Source of the DNA: an uncultured Candidatus Bathyarchaeia archaeon | Lineage (GTDB): Archaea; Thermoproteota; Bathyarchaeia; Bathyarchaeales; Bathycorpusculaceae | Length of the DNA: 50,348 nucleotides | Reading direction: 5' to 3' | NCBI GenBank assembly: GCA_964354055.1 | Contig: CAYGYI010000001.1 | Span: 1 to 50,348, forward strand | Shown: piece by piece, positions 34,309-42,140 of the stretch | Numbering within the stretch: position 1 is the stretch's first letter | Layout: each line of letters opens with the position of its first letter | Notes under the pieces: model-generated | The model's database searches: none | Told to the model about the DNA's origin: nothing | What the model saw: the letters and a program-made list of their open reading frames with translations, nothing else | Program-made: the position numbers and the translations under genes

Positions 34309-35108
34309 CTACGTTGCCAGTCCTCGAAGAAACGTGCCGACTCGTTGAAGCGAGTCGTTTCTCGCATCCTCTGAACCTATGAACCTCGCCACGGCACTAG
34401 GACCCTGAGAGGTCAGTGAAGCAAATGCATCTTTGATTTCGTCTAGGGCCTGTGTCACTATTCTTTCTGACCCCTTCTCTTTCACAGCACTCATGAAGGC
34501 ATCTGAGGCCTGTTTCGGTCCTTTCCCGTAGAAACCGGCTAGAGCGTAGATATCGTAGCTATCCTTGTCCTTCATCCTGTATAGTGTCAGGCCTTTCATC
34601 GTCAATGAAGCAACAATGTTCGCACACCTGAGCTTCGCAGAAGCCTCGCCATCCCCTGGCATCACAGCTCTCAGATCAACTCAAGATTGTGCTTGAACAC
34701 TATCGCACAACCTTCTATGATACAAGCTCTAAGGTTCCGCTGAACTGAAGCCAACCAATCACCTGGAAGCCTCTCAGCACCTTCAGGCTCAGTCAAGAAA
34801 TCCACTTCAATCCTACGGCTGACGCCGCGTCTAGGAGAAGTGACTTCTCTCTCAAAACGGAACACACTTCCTGTCGGTTGATACCCCAACCTTTCCAGAA
34901 TCTGTTTGATATTCTCATATCTTTCGATAACATTGGGTCTGAGTACAAGGTCGATGTCGACTGAGCCACAATGATCAAAATGGTCTTTCACGAGAAAGTA
35001 TGGAGCCCAACCTCCCGCAAGAACCATGTCATGCTGATACTGGCGAAGAGCCCTGCACAACTCAACTAATGCGCCTTTTGAAGCCTCAGTTGCGTCAAGA
35101 TCATACAC
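34309..35108 (-). pseudogene. AbiEii/DUF1814-type nucleotidyltransferase toxin gene split by a frameshift
   Basis: ORF 34671..35108 carries the NTase core (LAGGWAPYF...GSVDIDLVL). ORF 34309..34665 carries the C-terminal part (KDKDSYDIYAL). The two frames overlap only within about 9 nt near 34670-34682. Confidence 0.65.
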
Positions 35109-35775
35109 TCTGGTGCACCTTCCTCTTCTGTTGCCATTCTTCTAGTATCACTTCCAGAAGCTGAGACGCGGCCTCCTCACCTCTAGCTGGAAAATTGTAG
35201 AGATCCACATAGAGCTGAACATTCGAAACAACTCTGGTTCCGCGCACCTCTCGCATTCCATAAAAGACGCCATCATCATAAGGCACGACAAACTTGACAT
35301 TTCCACTTCTAGGTGTGGGATTCAGCTCCAGTTTCTCTGCGATTTTCGGAGCCACATCCTCGGACGGTATATAAAGATGTACATCCACTGGCCGCACGTA
35401 CGGGGCCACAAGCCAAGCAGCAGCTAGTCCCGAAAGGGCATATTTGGGATCTAAGTTAGAGACTTTGTGCACAAACTGATCTATTTCCTTCTCGAAAGTG
35501 AAGTAGTCCAGGAATTTGTTTGCACGATCGTATTGATGGTATGAGGCCCACCTCTTTAGGAGCTTTGTTGGATCAATCAGAAGGATTCGGTTCTGTTCGT
35601 TTCTGGCAGCATAGTTAAGCTCAATCAATGTCTTGCATATGTAGTGAGCCAGGCCATTAGAGACATTTGCCTCTTGCGCAAGTTGTCTTTCGTCCCAGTC
35701 TCTGCCGTGGTTTACGAGCAACACTCGCAAAACCCTAGACGATTTGGCGGCGAATACGTTCTTGACCGTATACAT
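35101..35775 (-). CDS. AbiEi-like antitoxin/transcriptional regulator (wHTH + C-terminal domain)
   Basis: 224 aa. The wHTH-like segment is QLAQEANVSNGLAHYICKTLIELNY. The C-terminus carries VQLYVDLYNFPARGEEAA. Its stop overlaps the GTG start of the NTase gene by 8 nt. Confidence 0.65.
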   Translation of the reverse strand: MYTVKNVFAAKSSRVLRVLLVNHGRDWDERQLAQEANVSNGLAHYICKTLIELNYAARNEQNRILLIDPTKLLKRWASYHQYDRANKFLDYFTFEKEIDQFVHKVSNLDPKYALSGLAAAWLVAPYVRPVDVHLYIPSEDVAPKIAEKLELNPTPRSGNVKFVVPYDDGVFYGMREVRGTRVVSNVQLYVDLYNFPARGEEAASQLLEVILEEWQQKRKVHQSV

Positions 35776-35811
35776 GCTGACACCGTTATTGGCTAATTCA
35801 ATGAGTAGTGT

Positions 35812-35897
35812 TGCTCAATGCAGTATATAAATGCTCAATGTTATTGAGCAGGAGCTTCTGCTCAGCCTCATTTATAAACGCTCAACAGTATTGAGCG
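35812..35897. promoter_or_regulatory. operator-like array at the abiE promoter: two 19-bp inverted repeats plus extra half-sites, each next to a TATA-like octamer
   Basis: IR1 is tgctcaat-gtt-attgagca (35832-35850) and IR2 is cgctcaa-cagta-ttgagcg (35879-35897). Half-sites lie at 35812-35819 and 35859-35865. The TATA-like octamers are tatataaa (35824-35831) and tttataaa (35871-35878). Confidence 0.6.
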
Positions 35898-36145
35898 AAC
35901 ACGCGTCTTTGAGTCGAGAAGCCTATCTATTCTGGAGGTCATATGACCTATTTAATATGCCACGAGGTCATTAAGACAACCGCAGTCATCCAACCGCACA
36001 ACTCCAACTCGATGAGTTACGACCAACGCAATGTCTTACTTTGATGCGAATATGACGCATGTAGCGGTCTGGTGGATATGTAGGCAATGCGCTTAAAGGT
36101 CGCGTGTTGCCAATATATCGGTAATCCATTCAGACTTCGCTATTA

Positions 36146-36191
36146 CCGGTTTTTATGGTCTAGTTTGTTGTTGTGGTTTTTGTTGGGTGTT
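36146..36191. repeat. copy B of the imperfect ~40-bp direct repeat (partner at 32837-32876)
   Basis: The sequence is ccggtttttatggtctagtttgttgttgtggtttttgttgggtgtt. It lies just 3' of the stop of the hidden tail ORF. Confidence 0.6.
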
Positions 36192-36201
36192 GTGTGGGGT
36201 G

Positions 36202-36480
36202 TTAGTTGTTTGTGATTGTGACGGGGTCGTTTTTGGGTGTTCCGTATGTTTGGCCGTCGTATGGGGTGCAGATGATTTTGATCTGGTCGCTTGTTGTGAA
36301 GTTGTCGGGTGTGAGTGTTTGGTTTGTGGCTCCTGTGATGCTTATCCATGTGCCGGTTTCGTATTTTTGCCATTGGTAGGTGTAGGTTACTGTGTCGCCG
36401 TCTGCGTCGTACGGGTTTGTCGGGTTGGCCGTTAGTGTGCTAGTCGCGTTGACTGGGTCTGGGTTATCGTTACGCTGTCT
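36202..36480 (-). CDS. unannotated 92-codon +1-frame extension of the giant surface protein gene (one more C-terminal repeat module)
   Basis: My own translation of the minus strand gives RQRNDNPDPVNATSTLTANPTNPYDADGDTVTYTYQWQKYETGTWISITGATNQTLTPDNFTTSDQIKIICTPYDGQTYGTPKNDPVTITNN*. It contains no ATG/GTG/TTG, so it is absent from the ORF track. It is homologous to the preceding module of the giant protein. Confidence 0.7.
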   Translation of the reverse strand, partial: RQRNDNPDPVNATSTLTANPTNPYDADGDTVTYTYQWQKYETGTWISITGATNQTLTPDNFTTSDQIKIICTPYDGQTYGTPKNDPVTITNN

Positions 36481-39400
36481 ATGGTGGGGTGTTTTGGATT
36501 GTGACGGTTGGCGACGTTTTGAGGTCTCCGAAGGTTGTTCCGTCTTTGGGCTTCACTGTGAAGAACCATGTTTCGCCTTCTCCAGTCAGGCTAGCGGATA
36601 CTGTGAGGGTGTCGTTCAGGAGTGGTTGGAGTATTCCGTTCTTGTACCAGCGTGTTTCTGTTCCTGATTCAGGGTTGCCTTCAGGGTCAAAGTAGGCGTA
36701 TGTGGCTGCTAGGTTGTCGTTCGTCTTTGGTGAGGTTGGGGTTATCGCGAGGTTCTTTGCTGTTGGCGGGTTATTGATGCCGATCGTTATAGTGTTTGAG
36801 GCTTTTGTGGCTCCGTCTTGGTCGCCGTCGTTGGGGATTACTTCGCATCGCCACGTCTCGCCTGTCTTGGTTTCCTGTGCGGCATTCGCGGAGCTACTGC
36901 TTAGACCGTCTTTACTGTCTAAGAAGTGTTGGTAGACTTGCTGTGGTGAGAGACTTTTCGGGTAGATGGCCACTTCGTCGATCATGCCTTTGAAGTAGTC
37001 AAACCAACCTATGTAAAGCGGGTTGGAGCCGCTTGGCTGAATGTTACCTGTGATTAGTGTTTTTGAGGCATCCTGTACGCCGTTTATGTAAAGTGTCAGT
37101 GCCACGCCGCTTTTGTACGTCAGCACAACGTGATACCACGTGTTCAGCTGGAGTGTGGTGTTGGACGACAATTTGTTGAGGCCGCTAATCATATCGTTTC
37201 CTGTGGCTACCCAGATGCTGGCAAAAAGCTTGTTTCCGCTTATGCCTATCTCGTAGCTGGGTACTCGCGCTATGGTTCTGGTGTTGCTCTGCGAGGCTGT
37301 GAGGTAGATCCAGTGTTCTACGGTTAGTTCTGGCCAGGAGCCTCCGCCGTCGAGTGAGCTTGTTCCCGGGATCTGTATGAAGCCTCTGTTGAATTGGTAG
37401 GCTCCGCCGACTTTTCCGTTGCTTGTCCACTGGGCTCCTCGGACTATTATGCCGTTGTTGTTGTAGCCTGAATAGTCTTCAGTTGTGGTTGAGCTGTTGG
37501 TGTTGAATGGAAGCTGGAGGTTTGTGGTTGAGGTGCCGTTTCTGTACCAATGATAGGTGTTGGTTACTTTGGAGTCGTCTGGGTCATAGGTTGACTGGTT
37601 GTAGCAGACTAGGTTTCCTCCGTTGATCGTCAGGATTGGATCGTGTTGCGTTGGCTGTTCACTTGGTAGCGTTGTGAACGTATACGTCATGTTGGTCCAG
37701 TGTGTTCCGTCGGTGACGCTAACGTGCCACTTGTAGGTTGTCGAGTATTGGAGATTGCTTGCTGGGATTGCGTATCTGCCGTTGCCAATGGCTGACGCTG
37801 AGCCTGAGCCTATGTCAGGGCTTGTAGAAACCACGTAATTCATTGGGTCGCCCTGTGGATCAGTCAAGTTGAAACTTAGTTCAGACAGTGATAGTGGCAC
37901 GTTGGCTGCTTTGTCCGTTGGCGAAGGAGCGAAAACCATGGGCATTTGCGGGATTGTTTCCTCACTTCCTACGGTGTAGAATGCTAACGGGTCTTTCTGG
38001 TTGTTATAACTTGTTTGTATCCATGCGGGTGAGCGGGCAACGTTTGACATTCTTACCTCGTCTATTCCTCCTTTGAGCCATCTCTGGCTGATGTCACTTA
38101 TGAGAAACGGGCTAGTTGTTGTGATCATGGTTTTTCCTATGGGGAAGGTGCCACTGAGCTTTTCGACACCGTCAAGATACACCTTAATCGTTCCGACCTG
38201 AGCGTCCAGCGTGACCGCCAAGTGATGCCACGTATTCCACTTCCAGCCGACATTGCTGCCTTCAATGGATGCTCCGGTACTATCGCTGAACTTAACGTAC
38301 CAGTACGTCCTTCCTTCAGTAGAACCCAACCGTATGTAATACTGACCCCACGTGCCCTTGTTAACAAGATTGATGAAATCGACCGTTGAGGACAGTTTCA
38401 TCCACAGCTCGATCGTGATTGCTGATGTTGGATTCAGACTTGGGGAATTGCCTACTCGGATGTAATCGTTTATGCCGTCGAAAACATCTGCTCCGTCAAT
38501 CTTTCCCGCACCACTCTTGGCAATACTGCCGAAAGTCACTCCATTATTCGCGTTAGTTGTGGAATCGTATCGGCTTGTTGTACCGGACTCTTCCAAGTGC
38601 TGAACCATAACAAAGTTAGAACCCCAAACAGCTGAGACATTCTGCTGGTTCGGTGCTGAGGAGTTGCCGTAATACATGAAGATGGTTGTGTCAGTTGTTG
38701 GTGGGAGTTGAGGTACGTTTACCCATGCTATGATGTGTCCGTTGGTGCTGTTGTAGAGTTCTATTTCGTGGTTGAGTTTGACAGCGTTGGCGTCTGTGAA
38801 GGCGATGTCGTCGCCGTCAGGTTGGGCACTGCTTGCTAGGTTGCTGTCGGTGATGTCTACTAGAACTGGAATGTTCGACGGGTTGCCAGAGACTTTGGTG
38901 TGATCTATTGTTATTGCCTTTCGGTAGGTCCAGTCGCTTTTCCACCATTGAGAGACGGATTTTGTCGTGAAAGTGTAAGTCGCATTTCTAGTGTGTGTTC
39001 CATCTGTTGCTGTTACTGTCCACGTGTAGGTAGTGGAGGGTGAGAGATTGTTAATGAGTAGAGAGTATCTTCCGTTGGCTACGTTGATCTTGCTGTCTGA
39101 ACCTATGTTTGGGGTGGTTGTGACTGTGTAGTTGATGGGGTCATGTTGATAGTCTGTTAGAGTGAATTGGAGTTCAAATGGCGACAGAGGCATGTCTGTC
39201 GCGAGGTTTGGCGGGCTGGGCGAGGTCATTAGAGGGGTCGGTCCGCCTTGGGGTTGTACGTATTCAGCTACTCCGCGTCTGAACTCGCTGTAGAATTGAA
39301 CCTCAGTTCTGGGTCTTGGGTTGGGTCGTCGTGCTGGAGTGTCAAATGCGTATATCGCTCCGCTTTGGGTTGTGACGATTAGTTCGTTGTAGGCGTCGCC

Positions 39401-42010
39401 GTCGATGTCTTGCACTACGGCGTAGTTTAGTGTTCCTGCAAGGCCTGACAGTCCGTCTATGTTTCGCAATTCTTCTCCTGAGCCGACTTCTCCCGAAAGA
39501 CCTACGATTCCGTCTAGTATGTGATAAGAGTTGTCGATGATGAAGATGCTCTTGTAGTTGCATGCGACTATTTCCATGTAGCCGTCGCCATTGACATCGG
39601 CCAGTTGTGGTCCGTAGAAGCATTTTCCGATGTACATTCTTGCGTCTACTTTCCACTTTACGAGGTCCCATATGACGAGGTCGTCGGAAGTCGTATTGTG
39701 GAAGTCAGCCATCAGCATTTCCAGGTTTCCGTCACGATCTATGTCATAGACCGACGATTGATAGTGCGTTGGCGCGTCACTTGGAATGCCGAGTGTCATT
39801 CTTATCGTGCTTCCATCAGTTGAGTTGAGGACGGCTACTCCGCCGTTCAGGTCGCCTATTATGACGTCGAGTGTTCCATCATTGTTGACGTCAGCAATCA
39901 TTGGTTTTTGACTGCTGCAGAAGACTTCCGGACGGGACCATCGCAATGTGAGGTTTCTAGCCCAGAACGACAGTATTCCTTTGCCGTAGTCATTGTCTCC
40001 ATATAATGGGTCATTGAGGTACATGTTTCTCTCGCCCATGTAGATCTCGAACTCTCCGTCAAGGTCCGTATCTGCGATTGACAAGCCTCCACTGCATGGA
40101 CGCCAGATGAACGTTTGTCGGAGTATCTGTCCGTCATAACTTAATGCGGTTAGCCTCCCTGTACCGTTCAGACCTTTGCTGGTGTCAGTTGATCCAACAA
40201 AAACTGTCGGGTAGCCATTTCCGTCAATGTCGAAGATCACTGGGCCCGAGTATGTTTCCTTGCCCAAGCCTGTTGCTCTCCAGTAAATGCTTCCGTCATT
40301 TGCATGCAAAGCAAGTATGCCAGCAGGGGTTTCAAGCGGCACTATTATTTCAAGAATGCCGTCATTGTTCAGGTCGGCCATTTGTGCTTGGGCATGGTCA
40401 CCCATGTTACTATCGGTAATATTCCAGAGTGTGTTTCCATTGGTTCCGTTTAGAGCTATGACTCCGCTTTTCCCAGCGTGAAGGACTTCATCCACGCCAT
40501 CGTTGTTTATGTCAGCTGCAAGTACTCCTGAGACTCCCTTGGGCATTCCTGTCATCATCCACTTTTGCTGGAGTATCTTGCTGGTCGTTGTGAACGAAAA
40601 GGTTCTGTTTGTCCATGACTGCCCATTTGTAGCTTCGACGCCCCAGTAGTACGTTGTACTGAGGTTTTGCATCTGAGTTGGAATTGCGGTGTAGGTTCCG
40701 CTGGGCACATTTTGGAAGGTCTCAATGGCTGTCCACGTGTTCGATATTCTTTGTTTGAAGGTTACAGTCATGTTCAGCCCATTTGGATCGACTGCCCTAA
40801 CCGACAGTGTCGGATTGGTGTACACACCTGTAGCCTCATTCTTCGGACTCTCAAAAATCAGTAGAGCAAGAGAGTGCGCCTCTTCGCCCACTATTGTGTA
40901 GAATGCTGACGGGTCTTTCTGGTTGTTGTAACTTGTTTGAATCCAAGAGGGCAAACGAGCGACGTTTGATATTCGGACTTCATCTATTTCTCCTTTGACC
41001 CATCTTTGGCTGATATCACTCAGAAGAAGCGGGTTAGTTGTTGCAATGATGGTTTTTCCAGCGGCGAACGTGCCGCTGAGCTTTTCGACACTGTCAAGAT
41101 ACACCTTAATCGTTCCAGCTTGAGCGTCCAGCGTGACCGCCAAGTGATGCCACGTATTCCACTTCCAGCCGATATTGCTGCCTTCTACCGTCGCCACTGT
41201 GCCATCGCTGAACTTGACATACCAGTACGTCCTTCCCTCAGCAGAACCCAACCTCAAATAACACTGGCTCCACGTACCCTTGTTGATGAGATTGATGTAA
41301 TTGCCTGTAGAGGATAGCTTCATCCACGACTCGATGGTTATGGCTGACGCTGGGTTCAAGCTTGGTGAATCACTCACTCTGAGGTAATCGTTTGTGCCGT
41401 CGAAAACATCTGCTCCGTCAATTTTTCCCGCAACATTCTTGGCAATGCCGCCAAAAGTCACCCCGTTGTTCGCTCTGATTGTAGAATCGTACCGACTTGC
41501 TATACCGGACTCTTCCAAGTGCTGAACCATAACATAGTTGGAACCCCAAACAGCCGAAGCATTCTGCTGGCTTGTTGCAAGAGGGTTGCCATAGTACATG
41601 AAGAGTTCCGTGTCAGCAGTTGAGGAGAGTAGTGGTATTTGTATCCATGCAACCAAGTGACCTGAATTGCCGTCATAGAATTCGATTTCGTGATTGAGTG
41701 TGCTGTTGTGGTCGAGGGTGAATATGATGTCACTGCCGCTGGATTGAGCTTTTGCCTTCAAGTCGGAATCAATAATGTCTATGAGAACAGGAAAGTTCAG
41801 TATGTCAGCTATCACTTTGGTGTGGTCTATGATTATCTGTTTCCTGAAGTTCCAGTTTTCGTTCCACCATGGAGGCTGAGACCATGTGGGCTGGATCAGA
41901 AGAAACAGAGGAATAGTAAACAAGCTGCTGAAGAGCAGACAAGTTATGAAAGTGCCTCGGAGTCTCCGCTTATGAAGTCTGAACATGATTGAATTCAACC
42001 CTTCTCCCAT
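36479..42010 (-). CDS. giant secreted adhesin-like protein: (DUF2341-like + LamG-like + FN3/PKD-like) x2 around an FG-GAP/VCBS beta-propeller, third LamG-like domain, C-terminal Y-x-Y-x-D-x-D/E-G repeat modules
   Basis: 1843 aa with an N-terminal hydrophobic signal or anchor. Eight D-x-[DN]-x-D-G-x-x-[DE] repeats are present (DINNDGVDEV, DLNNDGILEI, DIDGNGYP, DTDLDGEFEI, DVNNDGTLDV, DIDRDGNLEM, DVNGDGYMEI, DIDGDAYNEL). Confidence 0.92.
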   Translation of the reverse strand: MGEGLNSIMFRLHKRRLRGTFITCLLFSSLFTIPLFLLIQPTWSQPPWWNENWNFRKQIIIDHTKVIADILNFPVLIDIIDSDLKAKAQSSGSDIIFTLDHNSTLNHEIEFYDGNSGHLVAWIQIPLLSSTADTELFMYYGNPLATSQQNASAVWGSNYVMVQHLEESGIASRYDSTIRANNGVTFGGIAKNVAGKIDGADVFDGTNDYLRVSDSPSLNPASAITIESWMKLSSTGNYINLINKGTWSQCYLRLGSAEGRTYWYVKFSDGTVATVEGSNIGWKWNTWHHLAVTLDAQAGTIKVYLDSVEKLSGTFAAGKTIIATTNPLLLSDISQRWVKGEIDEVRISNVARLPSWIQTSYNNQKDPSAFYTIVGEEAHSLALLIFESPKNEATGVYTNPTLSVRAVDPNGLNMTVTFKQRISNTWTAIETFQNVPSGTYTAIPTQMQNLSTTYYWGVEATNGQSWTNRTFSFTTTSKILQQKWMMTGMPKGVSGVLAADINNDGVDEVLHAGKSGVIALNGTNGNTLWNITDSNMGDHAQAQMADLNNDGILEIIVPLETPAGILALHANDGSIYWRATGLGKETYSGPVIFDIDGNGYPTVFVGSTDTSKGLNGTGRLTALSYDGQILRQTFIWRPCSGGLSIADTDLDGEFEIYMGERNMYLNDPLYGDNDYGKGILSFWARNLTLRWSRPEVFCSSQKPMIADVNNDGTLDVIIGDLNGGVAVLNSTDGSTIRMTLGIPSDAPTHYQSSVYDIDRDGNLEMLMADFHNTTSDDLVIWDLVKWKVDARMYIGKCFYGPQLADVNGDGYMEIVACNYKSIFIIDNSYHILDGIVGLSGEVGSGEELRNIDGLSGLAGTLNYAVVQDIDGDAYNELIVTTQSGAIYAFDTPARRPNPRPRTEVQFYSEFRRGVAEYVQPQGGPTPLMTSPSPPNLATDMPLSPFELQFTLTDYQHDPINYTVTTTPNIGSDSKINVANGRYSLLINNLSPSTTYTWTVTATDGTHTRNATYTFTTKSVSQWWKSDWTYRKAITIDHTKVSGNPSNIPVLVDITDSNLASSAQPDGDDIAFTDANAVKLNHEIELYNSTNGHIIAWVNVPQLPPTTDTTIFMYYGNSSAPNQQNVSAVWGSNFVMVQHLEESGTTSRYDSTTNANNGVTFGSIAKSGAGKIDGADVFDGINDYIRVGNSPSLNPTSAITIELWMKLSSTVDFINLVNKGTWGQYYIRLGSTEGRTYWYVKFSDSTGASIEGSNVGWKWNTWHHLAVTLDAQVGTIKVYLDGVEKLSGTFPIGKTMITTTSPFLISDISQRWLKGGIDEVRMSNVARSPAWIQTSYNNQKDPLAFYTVGSEETIPQMPMVFAPSPTDKAANVPLSLSELSFNLTDPQGDPMNYVVSTSPDIGSGSASAIGNGRYAIPASNLQYSTTYKWHVSVTDGTHWTNMTYTFTTLPSEQPTQHDPILTINGGNLVCYNQSTYDPDDSKVTNTYHWYRNGTSTTNLQLPFNTNSSTTTEDYSGYNNNGIIVRGAQWTSNGKVGGAYQFNRGFIQIPGTSSLDGGGSWPELTVEHWIYLTASQSNTRTIARVPSYEIGISGNKLFASIWVATGNDMISGLNKLSSNTTLQLNTWYHVVLTYKSGVALTLYINGVQDASKTLITGNIQPSGSNPLYIGWFDYFKGMIDEVAIYPKSLSPQQVYQHFLDSKDGLSSSSANAAQETKTGETWRCEVIPNDGDQDGATKASNTITIGINNPPTAKNLAITPTSPKTNDNLAATYAYFDPEGNPESGTETRWYKNGILQPLLNDTLTVSASLTGEGETWFFTVKPKDGTTFGDLKTSPTVTIQNTPP
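37973..38935 (-). repeat. intragenic duplication, copy 2 (aa 1026-1346 of the giant protein)
   Basis: It runs from WTYRKAITIDHTKV to AFYT. The core is 38147-38638. Confidence 0.85.
39341..40543 (-). other. domain: FG-GAP/VCBS-type beta-propeller region of the giant protein (aa 490-890)
   Basis: Eight calcium-binding-like D-x-N-x-D-G loops occur at roughly regular spacing. Confidence 0.65.
40886..41854 (-). repeat. intragenic duplication, copy 1 (aa 53-375 of the giant protein)
   Basis: It runs from WNFRKQIIIDHTKV to AFYT. The core aa 152-315 (41066-41557) is about 85 percent identical at protein level to aa 1125-1288, and long near-identical DNA runs are visible (for example 41101-41160 vs 38181-38240). 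Confidence 0.85.
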
Positions 42011-42140
42011 AAGACGAGTGTTGTTCTGAAATATATACGTATACTACGGATAGGGAAGATTCCATGCTTTGTATTTGTGTTGGACTTGTAGGCGAAAGTG
42101 TTTATTAGATGGCAATAGCGAAATGTCTTGCTGATTCAGA

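Noticed and set aside
33996-34367. 123-aa minus-strand ORF in the gap between the GT4 gene and the abiE module
   Set aside because: Its composition is odd (Arg/Gln/Pro/Lys-rich), and it shows no motif, RBS or TATA. It also overlaps the end of the AbiEii fragment. The 358-bp gap is more likely non-coding or decayed sequence.
36479-36481. TAG of the giant gene as a readthrough or pyrrolysine codon
   Set aside because: The in-frame continuation is ACA GCG TAA, only two codons. The homologous coding tail is in the +1 frame, so recoding of the TAG itself does not explain it.
36143-36667. ORF-track calls 36143..36373 (-), 36187..36435 (+) and 36392..36667 (+)
   Set aside because: Their products are low-complexity (His/Asn/Lys-rich or Cys/Val/Gly-rich). 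The same DNA encodes, in another minus-strand frame, a domain homologous to the giant protein repeats, so these calls are frame shadows.
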